Shown: positions 1 to 8,887 of the stretch, in pieces
Numbering within the stretch: the stretch's first letter is position 1
Layout: the number at the start of each line of letters is the position of its first letter
DNA from: Candidatus Parcubacteria bacterium
GTDB taxonomy: Bacteria; Patescibacteriota; Minisyncoccia; JAHIHE01; JAGLIN01
DNA: 27,635 bases
Assembly: GCA_023142975.1 (NCBI GenBank)
Contig: JAGLIN010000051.1
Coordinates: forward strand, 1 to 27,635
Direction of reading: 5' to 3'
The notes under the pieces: generated by a model
Database searches by the model: none
The model's input: the letters and a program-made list of their open reading frames with translations, nothing else
Told to the model about the DNA's origin: nothing
Position numbers and translations under genes: made by a program

Positions 1-13
1 TCATTGAGATAAA

Positions 14-40
14 CTGGATTCCCGCCTCCGCGGGAATGAC
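14..40. repeat. REP-like palindromic repeat (ATTCCCGC-CTCC-GCGGGAAT core; dRS3/REP-like)
   Basis: CTGGATTCCCGCCTCCGCGGGAATGAC has an 8-bp stem and 4-nt loop. A second copy lies at 15817..15842. It resembles the ATTCCC-N8-GGGAAT repeat known from Neisseria dRS3. Confidence 0.75.
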
Positions 41-59
41 AAAAATAATATTTCATTTA

Positions 60-1811
60 TTACATCCCCAGCACTGTCATAATAACATGGAGCAAACCAT
101 ATGCCAGAAGCGCGATCATTAATCCAATTACGGCTCCGCTTAAAATTCTTTTTGAAGAAGAAATTCTCTCTTCATTTCCAGCGGAAGTCATATACATTAT
201 TCCCGCTATTATAATAAACAACAGCGCGATTGAACCAATCAGCCCTAAAATAAATCCCAAAAGAGTTTCTCCCGCTTCAACAACTGTTTCAACTGTTCCT
301 CTGAGAGGATTGCAAAAATACCAAGCATTCGGATCACAGACGGATGTGCAAAAGAAACTTCCATCTCCGTCAAGATCTAAATAGCTAAGTCCCACGCAAC
401 ACAAAGCGGCATCTCCGGGATCTTCTCCTTCTTCAGCGCAACCTTGACAAATGCCATCATTACATATATCGGTTCCCGCGCAATCAGCGTCTACTATACA
501 TTGAACGCATTGTTGAGCAACGGTATCACACACGGGAGTTCCGCCCGAACAATGTTCATCTTTTAAACAACAAGCGGTTACATTAATTGTATTTGCAACG
601 CAACCTGCTGCATCAACACAAGTTTCTGTACCTTCCGCGCTCGTCGCATCTATTTCCGCGCAAGCGGAAGTTGTGCAAGTAATATTAGAAACACATGCAG
701 CTACGCAAACACCACCGCTACAATCACCAGAACAACAATCACCGTCACCTCCGCAACCTCCACCATCAGCAGTACAAGCAACAAATTCACAACTACAATC
801 ACAAGCATCGTATTTATCTACGCATGGCGGAGTTGGAGGATCTGGAGGAATCGGAAAACATCCTCCTGGGAACCACTGAGGATTGCACATCATATTGCAA
901 CTTCCAGCACAACTCCAAACTTTCCCGCCACCGCAATTATCTCCATCTATATCACTGCAATCTTCAAATCCTCCTCCAACACAGTCTTCAGCTATATAAC
1001 CAGCACCACTATCACAAACCCAATATCCACAATCAGTATCAGTTATACAAGCTGGATCAACGCAAACTGTATCGCAATCTGGTTCAATAGTCTTGCAATC
1101 ATCCTCATTCGTGCATCCCTCGCCACAACCCTTATCACAACAATCATTCGGACAATTCGCAGTTGTTTCAGCTCCAGCGCAAGTGCCATCATTATTACAA
1201 ACTGCTGCTGCCGTCCACTGACAATTATTATCACAAGAACCCGAACCGTCCGGATTAACCCATGTAGGAATTTTTTCGTCGCATTCAGTACTTGCGCCAC
1301 AACCATTTGCTTCACACATTGAGTCTCCTCCTTTCGCTATGTCCGCATAAACTCCAATATCATCTCCCCAAATTCCATTCTCCGTATTAATTCCAGAGCA
1401 AGCAATACATCTGCCAGATGACCAGACTCCATACTCTTTGTCATTCTCATCACAACCTCCAAAAAATCCTCCCTTTCCTTTAACTACAACACATGAATCA
1501 CCATCATTAGCTGTTATTCCGCTACAACTATCTTCTCTACAATGCCTAGTTCCTATATCGCAAGAATTCACAGCACGAGAATACGCTCCCGTTAATGCGG
1601 ATACATCAAGTGGAATTGCCATACACCATTCGGTAGATTCACAAAAAAGCAAACTTTGATCCGTTACAACTATTCCGCAATCGTCATCAAGAGGTCTTTC
1701 AGCGCATCCAAGAAAAGTAGCGGCACTAGTTTTATTAATTCCCACTACTAAAAATATAGGAAAGATTATAATTGCTATAATTCCTACTAAATATAATTTT
1801 TGTATTTTCAT
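60..1811 (-). CDS. Secreted Cys-rich surface protein with C-terminal TrbC/VirB2-like (T4SS-pilin family) two-helix domain
   Basis: N-terminal signal/TM segment and about 66 Cys by my count. The C-terminus GFILGLIGSIALLFIIIAGIMYMTSAGNEERISSSKRILSGAVIGLMIALLAY is the pilin pattern common in Parcubacteria. Confidence 0.8.
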   Translation of the reverse strand: MKIQKLYLVGIIAIIIFPIFLVVGINKTSAATFLGCAERPLDDDCGIVVTDQSLLFCESTEWCMAIPLDVSALTGAYSRAVNSCDIGTRHCREDSCSGITANDGDSCVVVKGKGGFFGGCDENDKEYGVWSSGRCIACSGINTENGIWGDDIGVYADIAKGGDSMCEANGCGASTECDEKIPTWVNPDGSGSCDNNCQWTAAAVCNNDGTCAGAETTANCPNDCCDKGCGEGCTNEDDCKTIEPDCDTVCVDPACITDTDCGYWVCDSGAGYIAEDCVGGGFEDCSDIDGDNCGGGKVWSCAGSCNMMCNPQWFPGGCFPIPPDPPTPPCVDKYDACDCSCEFVACTADGGGCGGDGDCCSGDCSGGVCVAACVSNITCTTSACAEIDATSAEGTETCVDAAGCVANTINVTACCLKDEHCSGGTPVCDTVAQQCVQCIVDADCAGTDICNDGICQGCAEEGEDPGDAALCCVGLSYLDLDGDGSFFCTSVCDPNAWYFCNPLRGTVETVVEAGETLLGFILGLIGSIALLFIIIAGIMYMTSAGNEERISSSKRILSGAVIGLMIALLAYGLLHVIMTVLGM

Positions 1812-1893
1812 TTTTTTGTGTTAATTATAAAACTATTTATATTATACAGAGTTTTTAATTACAAGTAAAGTAAAAAATTTAGAAAAAAAATAG

Positions 1894-2160
1894 CTAATGA
1901 CAAACTCCGATTTTCTTTTTTGGAATTGTCTTAGCTATATTTGTAATTTTTATTATTACTGCTTCGTCTTTTCTATACGCTATTATAAAGCATATGGAAA
2001 AGAAAATAACATAAACAGCAATCATTCCTACTATTCCCCACTGATAAATACTTATCAAATAGAGAACTTTTGGCAAAGAACTAACTAATAATAAAAGGGT
2101 TAGCCCTCTTATTATTATATCTGCCGTCTCGTCAGATACCATTTCATCAGATTCGTTCAT
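1894..2160 (-). CDS. Small hypothetical membrane protein (88 aa, about 2 TM)
   Basis: Two hydrophobic segments. GGAGG lies 7 nt before the ATG, and there is an upstream TTGACA-N17-TATTTT promoter. Confidence 0.6.
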   Translation of the reverse strand: MNESDEMVSDETADIIIRGLTLLLLVSSLPKVLYLISIYQWGIVGMIAVYVIFFSICFIIAYRKDEAVIIKITNIAKTIPKKKIGVCH

Positions 2161-2197
2161 ATCATTTCCTCCAACTTTTATTCTAATCTATATTTAT

Positions 2198-2226
2198 AAA
2201 ATAGTACAAAAGTCTATGTTTGTCAA
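2198..2226 (-). promoter_or_regulatory. Sigma70-type promoter TTGACA-N17-TATTTT
   Basis: Perfect -35 at 2226..2221, 17-nt spacer, -10 at 2203..2198, and an A/T-tract further upstream. Confidence 0.6.
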
Positions 2227-2276
2227 GAAAAATTTTAAAAAAAATTTTAAAAAAAATAGGACAGAGATCTAATTCT

Positions 2277-2717
2277 CTATCCAGCAAGAGTTATTTTTTC
2301 TTGCTTTTTGTTTTCCCCAAAAAGATGAGGGGTTTTTCCTGCTATCAATCCTACCATTATTTTGGCAAGGATTAATGAAATTACGACGACTGTTCCAATC
2401 GTGTGATAAATCCACCATCCTGCTAAATAATAGGCTATGGGGAAAAATAGCAAAAAGCCAAACAAACTTGCAAACACAACAAAGATTGTTGCATCCAAAA
2501 ATCGTCCCCATACGACAGAAGTTTCAATCTCTTTCAGTTTTGATAGATACATTATTGAAAACATCACTATTAGTGATGAAACCAATAAAATTATCATCAA
2601 ACTTAAAAAAAGACTTCCGGGTCCTGCAAAAGATATAAGCAGGAATTTTCCAAACACAAGGAATGCTATCACAATAGACACTCCCAGCATACTCTCTAAA
2701 GAACCGTTACCATTCAT
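2277..2717 (-). CDS. Hypothetical membrane protein (146 aa, about 4 TM)
   Basis: Four hydrophobic helices. GAGGTGA precedes the ATG, and there is an upstream TTGACA promoter. Confidence 0.7.
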   Translation of the reverse strand: MNGNGSLESMLGVSIVIAFLVFGKFLLISFAGPGSLFLSLMIILLVSSLIVMFSIMYLSKLKEIETSVVWGRFLDATIFVVFASLFGFLLFFPIAYYLAGWWIYHTIGTVVVISLILAKIMVGLIAGKTPHLFGENKKQEKITLAG

Positions 2718-2754
2718 TTAAATTCACCTCTTTACTACTTCTAAAACTACTAAT

Positions 2755-2782
2755 ATAATAACTAAAAATAAAAATCTGTCAA
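2755..2782 (-). promoter_or_regulatory. Sigma70-type promoter TTGACA-N16-TATTAT
   Basis: -35 at 2782..2777 and -10 at 2760..2755. Confidence 0.55.
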
Positions 2783-2831
2783 GACCGAGTTTTCAAATAA
2801 AAAATTGACTTGCGTGACTAACTAAATAATC

Positions 2832-4889
2832 CTATCCCTGCTTCACCGGCAATAAAATTTTTACCACCGAGCCCCTCATAGATCCCTCGCTGGAAAATTT
2901 AACTTTGCCATTATGCGCGTCAACGATTTTCTTGGCAATAAACAATCCCAGTCCACTGCCAGAAGCGTTTTCAATGGACGCTTTTTTGCCTCTCGTAAAT
3001 TTTTGGAAAATCTTTTTCTGATCGCTTTTGCCTACGCCGATACCAGTGTCTTTTATAATAACCTCCACATACTTCCCAGACTTTTTAATATCTATCTCAG
3101 CGCCGCCTTTTCTTGTGTATTTACACGCGTTGTCAATCGTATTCACGAACACCTGCCTTATATAATTCGGCTCCACTTCAATTTTTGGTATATCCGCGTT
3201 GTCATTAAATTTTAGATAAAGATTTTTTTTGTCAAAATTCGGTCTCATAATATCTACTGTCTCTTTCGTAATTTCTCTTAAAGACATTTTTTTAAACTGA
3301 AATTTCATAAATCCCCCTTCCAACTCAAGAGAATCCAACATATCATTTGTGATATTATTTAATCTCTCGGAACTTATATATATTCTTTTCAACATCTTTT
3401 TCTTTTCTTTTTCGGATAAATTATCAAAGTCTCCATTATGCCACATAGCGATCATTCCCCTGATCGTCGTTAGCGGAGTTCTTAATTGATGAGAGGTGAT
3501 ATGCAAAAATTCATTCTTCATTTCCATAAGCTCTTTTAATCTGATATTTGCCATCTTCAAATTTTCATTCAAAATTGACAACGCTTTTATCTGCTTTTCT
3601 GTCTGCTCATAAAGCTGGGCGTTTTCAATCGTCGCGCCGATATGCGAAGAAAATCCCAGAAGAATATCTTTATCCCTTTGAACAATTTTGCTTTTCGGCT
3701 TTGTCCCGACAAAAACAATTGTTCCTTTTACTCTTCCGCCAGAAAGCATTGGAATAGAAATAAACGATTTAGCGCCAACCACTTTTTGAATTAATCCGCA
3801 TATTCTTTTGTTCACGGTTGGAGCCACAAAATCTTCAAATTTACTGCCTATCTGCATTTCTTTTGTTTTGATGGTTTTGATAACAAGATTGTCGGCTTTA
3901 TCAATATTCTCTGAATATTTCCCAAATGGTTTGTCTAATAATTTTCTTGCCTTTTTTACAATTTCTGATTCTGTGATAGAATGAGTATATACTTGATTAG
4001 TCTTTGGATTATACATAGTCAAAACGCCACCAGCGTATCCAAGATGTCCTAATTTTTTGGGTATGCTATTCACAACCTTTTGTGTGATGCTTTTAATTTT
4101 TAAAGAACTGGCAGCAATTGTTGAGATATCAAGCAAGGATTCCAAATCTTCAGTTTTTTCCTGAAGGTGAACGACTTGCAATTGTGATTTCTCGTAAAGT
4201 TTAGCATTATGAAGAGCGATTGCCATTTGATCGGAAAACGATTTTAATATAATCGCTTCTCTCGTATCTATCAATCGTCGTGAACTTACTATCAGAACAG
4301 AACCAACAGCAACATTTCTTACAACTAACGGAACAATGAGAACAGACTTAATATTAAATATTTTTTGAATTAAAAAGGCTTTTCTTTCAGAAAGAATAGG
4401 AGAAACAAAATCTCTAAGATCATTTCCAAAATAAGCTTTTTTAGTGTTCGCACATTTTACTGTAAAGTTATTTTCTATTTCTAATTTCCCAACATGTTTT
4501 TCAGTAGATTTTCCAAAAATAATTTCCAGTTTTTTAACTAAATCAGAAGAAATACAATAAGGATATTCTATTCCTTTTTCTTTTTCTACAATAAAAAGTG
4601 TACCTATAGGATATCCTAAATCTTTCCTTATTTTATCTACAATCAATTGAGAAGCTACTGTAAAATTTAATTTACTTAATATCTTTTGATTTATGTCTTG
4701 CAATAATTTTATATCCCGTAAACAAATTGATGATTTTTGTTCATTTTTAACTATTTGATTAAAGTCAAAAATTGAAACTTTTCCAAAGAGCGATCTAGAT
4801 AATTTTAAATCAGAATTAACATAAGTTTTGGGCAATCGTTTCTCTTTTTTTGCTTTTTTGTAATATTTTCTAAAATTAAAAAAAATCAT
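2832..4889 (-). CDS. Cytoplasmic sensor histidine kinase with two GAF domains (GAF-GAF-HisKA-HATPase_c)
   Basis: H-box SHQLRTPL, N-box NTIDNACKYT, G1 DTGIG, G2 GSGLGL. Two repeated GAF-like units end in SFSDQMAIALHNAKLY and GFSSHIGATIENAQLY. No TM helices. Exact start codon is uncertain. Confidence 0.9.
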   Translation of the reverse strand: MIFFNFRKYYKKAKKEKRLPKTYVNSDLKLSRSLFGKVSIFDFNQIVKNEQKSSICLRDIKLLQDINQKILSKLNFTVASQLIVDKIRKDLGYPIGTLFIVEKEKGIEYPYCISSDLVKKLEIIFGKSTEKHVGKLEIENNFTVKCANTKKAYFGNDLRDFVSPILSERKAFLIQKIFNIKSVLIVPLVVRNVAVGSVLIVSSRRLIDTREAIILKSFSDQMAIALHNAKLYEKSQLQVVHLQEKTEDLESLLDISTIAASSLKIKSITQKVVNSIPKKLGHLGYAGGVLTMYNPKTNQVYTHSITESEIVKKARKLLDKPFGKYSENIDKADNLVIKTIKTKEMQIGSKFEDFVAPTVNKRICGLIQKVVGAKSFISIPMLSGGRVKGTIVFVGTKPKSKIVQRDKDILLGFSSHIGATIENAQLYEQTEKQIKALSILNENLKMANIRLKELMEMKNEFLHITSHQLRTPLTTIRGMIAMWHNGDFDNLSEKEKKKMLKRIYISSERLNNITNDMLDSLELEGGFMKFQFKKMSLREITKETVDIMRPNFDKKNLYLKFNDNADIPKIEVEPNYIRQVFVNTIDNACKYTRKGGAEIDIKKSGKYVEVIIKDTGIGVGKSDQKKIFQKFTRGKKASIENASGSGLGLFIAKKIVDAHNGKVKFSSEGSMRGSVVKILLPVKQG

Positions 4890-4917
4890 AAATTTTTAAT
4901 GAGTTTTTATTAAATCT

Positions 4918-5826
4918 ATGTCTTATAAAAAATTTTTGTCTGAATATAAAAAATTTATCTCAGATAAGGAAAATTTTAAAATAATCAGAAAAACTACAAT
5001 AGATTATCCGCACATTCTAAAAAGTAGTAACCGAAGCGCAAAAATCTTAAACAAGATAGCTTTTTTTTCTCAACATGTTTCTAATTCGTCAGTAAAAAGT
5101 AAACAATTTGATATTGTTTTTAAAACATCTATATTTATATCTACGATTGATGATTTAATGGATGACAAACGCATAAAATTTTCTACAAAGGTTGCTCTAT
5201 CAAAAATGCTCATAGCTATCACCAAAAAAATCAAGAATGAAAACGACATCAAAAAATTACTTACAAAAAGCAAAAGTAATGATATGTTATTGCTTAAAGA
5301 AAAGGATCTTCTAAAAATTATTGCCTACATTACAAAAATTATTATTACCGATAAAAATCAAAAGTCATATAATCTTTGGAAAAACAGTTTTGAAAAGTTT
5401 ATTAAAGCTATGCTTTATGAAGAAAAAAATCATATGACCAACTCCATTGAAAGCTATTTAAAAAATGCTCGTTTAAGTATTGGGGTTTCCTTTGTTTTAT
5501 CTTCCTATTTTATGACCAATAAAATTAATTATATATCGCTTAAAAAACTACAAGAACCTCTTGAGGACTTAGATATAATAGTTCGTCTTTCAAATGATAT
5601 TTCCACACACGATATTGACGAAAAAATAGATGCAATAACAATTATTGAATTAAAGAATAAATCCCCTCAATTATATCTGAAAAAATTAATTGAAAAAAAC
5701 CTACTAAATTTAGAAACCAGACTGAGTAATATAGAAATATCTGAAAAGGAAAAATGGACAAAAAAAACAATCAAAGAAACAGCTAACGTTTTAATTCTAA
5801 TTTATAAAAAAAACTTTTTTTCTTAA
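4918..5826 (+). CDS. Class I isoprenoid/terpene synthase-fold protein (terpene cyclase- or ComQ-like prenyltransferase)
   Basis: DDxxD motif (IDDLMDD) and NSE/DTE-like second metal motif (RLSNDISTHDIDE) at the usual spacing. About 300 aa and helical in character. Confidence 0.7.
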   Translation: MSYKKFLSEYKKFISDKENFKIIRKTTIDYPHILKSSNRSAKILNKIAFFSQHVSNSSVKSKQFDIVFKTSIFISTIDDLMDDKRIKFSTKVALSKMLIAITKKIKNENDIKKLLTKSKSNDMLLLKEKDLLKIIAYITKIIITDKNQKSYNLWKNSFEKFIKAMLYEEKNHMTNSIESYLKNARLSIGVSFVLSSYFMTNKINYISLKKLQEPLEDLDIIVRLSNDISTHDIDEKIDAITIIELKNKSPQLYLKKLIEKNLLNLETRLSNIEISEKEKWTKKTIKETANVLILIYKKNFFS

Positions 5827-5877
5827 CAAACTACAACGTAAAATTCAAATTTTAATTTTGCTTGATTTTTATTCTCC

Positions 5878-7005
5878 CTACCACAAATAATCACGCTCTT
5901 TTTTCCAAATCAAAGAAGATTTAAATATCCTAAAAAAGTTTTTTCTTAAATTTGGTTTAGACATAATTATAAATAGTCTTTTCAAAAAAGAACTATTTTC
6001 TTCAAAAATCTTTCCCAGTTCACTCATAACCTCATTATCCAAACTAAATAATATCTCACTCACCTTAAATAATTTCCTATCCGCAAAAGGCATTGCTTTA
6101 ATTTTCGCCTCGTAAGAATCAGGCTTATTTTCCAAAATACATTCCGCCGCTGTTTTTCCTGACATCATCGCTTGCGTCATTCCGCCCTTGAAAATCGGAT
6201 CAGCCAAGCCAGCCGCGTCTCCGACTAAGAACGCTCCGTTTTTGTAAACCTTGCGCCAAGAAGTGCTAAATGGAATATTTCCGCTTCTGTTTTCTAAAAT
6301 TTCGTAATTGCCATAATTTTTCTTTACCGTATTTTCCAAAAACTCGCCAAACTCCTTTGAGAAATTTCCCATACTGCCAATTCCAACATTGGCGGTATTT
6401 TTTGACTTTGGAAAAATCCAGGCGTAGCCATGATTATATTTCTTATTGTCAAAATAAATTTTTGTCGTTTTGGTATCCAATTCCTTTTCAGTTTTTATTA
6501 AATATTCAACAGCGGGAACAAACTTCATTTTATTTTGATTTTCCGGAAAAACTTTTTTTCTAACAATCGAGGACGGGCCATCCGCGCCGATAATGTATTT
6601 TGATTTAAATACTTCCCCGCTTTCAATAACTACTTCCCAAAAATTATTTTCAAATTTTAGATCTGTTACTTTCGCGCTTAGTCTAATCTCCGCTTTGGCA
6701 TCTCGCGCCAAATATTTTTCAAACTTTTCTCGATCAATAACATATCCCATCGCCTCTTCGTGAAACTTGCCGATTATCCTTCCGCTTGGCATTATTTTTT
6801 CCATCTTGTGAATTTTACAAGATATCCACAAATCGTCTGGTTCAATTCCCTGCATCTTCAAAGCGTTCCCGCTAATCCCCTCCCCGCATTGCACTGGCTT
6901 GCCAATCTCTTTTTTCTTATCTAAAATCAAAGCGTCTTTTAAATGTCTCCCCGCTATCAGCCCCGCTGGTCCCGCGCCAATAATAATTGTTTGATATTCT
7001 CGCAT
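5878..7005 (-). CDS. Geranylgeranyl reductase-family FAD-dependent oxidoreductase
   Basis: GAGPAG dinucleotide-binding motif, PVQCGEGI, GYAWIFPK (YxWxFP), LVGDAAG and P..KGGM. Confidence 0.88.
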   Translation of the reverse strand: MREYQTIIIGAGPAGLIAGRHLKDALILDKKKEIGKPVQCGEGISGNALKMQGIEPDDLWISCKIHKMEKIMPSGRIIGKFHEEAMGYVIDREKFEKYLARDAKAEIRLSAKVTDLKFENNFWEVVIESGEVFKSKYIIGADGPSSIVRKKVFPENQNKMKFVPAVEYLIKTEKELDTKTTKIYFDNKKYNHGYAWIFPKSKNTANVGIGSMGNFSKEFGEFLENTVKKNYGNYEILENRSGNIPFSTSWRKVYKNGAFLVGDAAGLADPIFKGGMTQAMMSGKTAAECILENKPDSYEAKIKAMPFADRKLFKVSEILFSLDNEVMSELGKIFEENSSFLKRLFIIMSKPNLRKNFFRIFKSSLIWKKERDYLW

Positions 7006-7035
7006 TATTTATCTTAAGATTTTTATTATGTTTTT

Positions 7036-7046
7036 ATTATAACACA
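7036..7046 (-). promoter_or_regulatory. Extended -10 promoter TGTGTTATAAT
   Basis: TRTG-n-TATAAT consensus 30 nt upstream of the GGR start. The same motif occurs at 12108..12118 and 18990..19000. Confidence 0.55.
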
Positions 7047-7103
7047 AAATAAAAAACGAACCAAAAAATAAGCTGGATTATAACAATCCAACCCGACTTA
7101 ATT

Positions 7104-8375
7104 TTATTCATCTCTTGCTTTTTCCAGATCCTCCGTAACCTGACTTGCCTTTTCCTTTAGCATTTCTGCGTCAGGCTGCATAATTTTCTTGTCATATTGC
7201 GCTTCAACCAGCTTGGTAAAAGCGTTCATTTCATTCTGCGATACTTGAATCATATTGTCAGCGATTACTGTTTTACCACTATCCAAATAATCCAGCGCCT
7301 GATTCGCTTTTGATTCTGCGTTAGTTAATTTTGCCAATAAGGCGTTCTTAATTCCTTGATCAATATCTGAACTATTGACCAGCTCTGCTAACCATTGGAT
7401 TTCCAATTTGGAATATTCGACCATACTTCTTTTGTCCGCCCTAATCTTCAACTCCGCGAATGATGTGTTGCTGACATCCACGTTTGTCTCTGATTTCGCG
7501 TTCACGCTAAAAGTATAATTCACATCTTCCATTCCAGCCCAATTTTCAGGAACGCTTACCATAAGCGGTCTGATTTCCGACATACTTGGATTGAGTTCCA
7601 TATTTGAATTATTGAAAGTAGTCCAAGAACACTGGATAGCTGTAGGATAGCCTCTATAACCTGCGAAGTTTTCCGCTTCAAATGAAACATCATAAACATC
7701 GGCAAGATCGCCTTTGTTTGTAATGTTCACTGAATAAAAAACGGAGTCTTTCGGACTCGCTTCATTTTGAGCTGGAGTTATGTTGACTTCAACGCCATAA
7801 CCATCACTTTCCATATCTTCAATGGCTTTGATGATCGCATCTGAAACATCAGAAGCATCTGGTGACAGATATACTTTCCCGCCAGTTCTTTCTGATATTT
7901 CAGAAAATGCAGCGTAAGTGTCAGGATCAGAACCCACGACAATGCTATATACTCTGATCGGATCTATATTTTCAGACCAGTATGTTACATTATCAAGAGT
8001 ATGACCTCCGTCCCATAGTTCAGGAGCATAAGACTCAGGACCGCCTTGAGGAGGCGCATCACCCATTAAAATTATTGACTTAAAAGCTCCTTCCCTCCAG
8101 CCATAGTTGTCGGGATTGCCAACGCTATCCTTGTCTACATCTAACATATAGACATCACACCGTAAAATGGCACCAAGATTACAAAAGTATGCTAAAACAT
8201 TATCATCTATATCATCATCTCCCACATCATCAATAACAATTTCATTATCCCCATCATCCACCACTGGCGCCTGAACAGGCTCGTCTATCTTCACAAAAAC
8301 AACCCACCCCAAAACCAGCATCGCAACAACCACACTCAACCCTACAAAAATAATTGGTATTGATTTTTTGAACAT
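7104..8375 (-). CDS. Membrane-anchored extracellular protein: N-terminal TM and acidic linker, C-terminal half of a vWA domain, Ig-like (CARDB/NEW3-like) domain, helical tail
   Basis: GWREGAFKSIILMGDAPP, VYSIVVG and SERTGGKVY are vWA strand/helix motifs, but no DxSxS MIDAS strand precedes them. YSVNITNKGDLADVY is Ig-like. Confidence 0.65.
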   Translation of the reverse strand: MFKKSIPIIFVGLSVVVAMLVLGWVVFVKIDEPVQAPVVDDGDNEIVIDDVGDDDIDDNVLAYFCNLGAILRCDVYMLDVDKDSVGNPDNYGWREGAFKSIILMGDAPPQGGPESYAPELWDGGHTLDNVTYWSENIDPIRVYSIVVGSDPDTYAAFSEISERTGGKVYLSPDASDVSDAIIKAIEDMESDGYGVEVNITPAQNEASPKDSVFYSVNITNKGDLADVYDVSFEAENFAGYRGYPTAIQCSWTTFNNSNMELNPSMSEIRPLMVSVPENWAGMEDVNYTFSVNAKSETNVDVSNTSFAELKIRADKRSMVEYSKLEIQWLAELVNSSDIDQGIKNALLAKLTNAESKANQALDYLDSGKTVIADNMIQVSQNEMNAFTKLVEAQYDKKIMQPDAEMLKEKASQVTEDLEKARDE

Positions 8376-8446
8376 AGTTTTAAAATTTTATTATTCTTAA
8401 GTTAAAAATAACAGAGAGTGAAAAATATGTCGATTTATTGAGTTGA

Positions 8447-8887
8447 TTAACTCCCAATCACAACTATTTTCAACTTCCCTTTCAGTTGATCATCGCTTAC
8501 TATTCCAAAAATAATTTTTCCTTGTCCGCCTGATTTTTTATGTATTTTTTCGCCGACTTGTTTTACTTCGTCCATTAACAAATCTTTACCAGCGTAAATA
8601 ATATAGAGAACTTTTTTTAAATAGTCTTGTTTGCTGGTTAAATTGGTTTTGGAAAAAAGATTATTTACGATTGCGGATATTTCTTTTTTTGAACCAGTGG
8701 AATTATTAAAGAATGTTTCGCCGGAATTTTTGACGATGGTTTTTAGATCGGCAAAGTCAACATTGATAACGCCGCATTTGATAATTATATCAAGGATAAC
8801 AACGATGGCGTCGGCGATGATTCTTCTGCTGGAACGGATTTGTAATCCGTTTCTTTTGTTTTGAAGAATAATAAAGATTATTGAAAC
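8447..8887 (-). pseudogene. FtsZ C-terminal domain-only reading frame (no canonical in-frame start; pseudogene, frameshift or non-AUG start)
   Basis: My translation of the 146-codon stop-free frame reads ...RRIIADAIVVILDIIIKCGVINVDFADLKTIVKNSGETFF...KKVLYIIYAGKDLLMDEVKQVGEKI...KIIFGIVSDDQLKGKLKIVVIGS*. This matches the FtsZ T7 loop (GxINxDFAD) and C-terminal domain. Confidence 0.75.

Noticed and set aside
673-1315. ORFs 673..879, 695..1090 and 1043..1315 with repetitive Gln/His/Pro content
   Set aside because: Shadow frames of the Cys/Gly-rich gene; their composition follows from its codons.
5827-5877. ComX-like Trp-containing peptide gene beside the ComQ-like enzyme
   Set aside because: No suitable small ORF was found next to it, so a true ComQXP assignment is unsupported.
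8631-8864. 77-aa plus-strand ORF
   Set aside because: Antisense shadow of the FtsZ-like frame.
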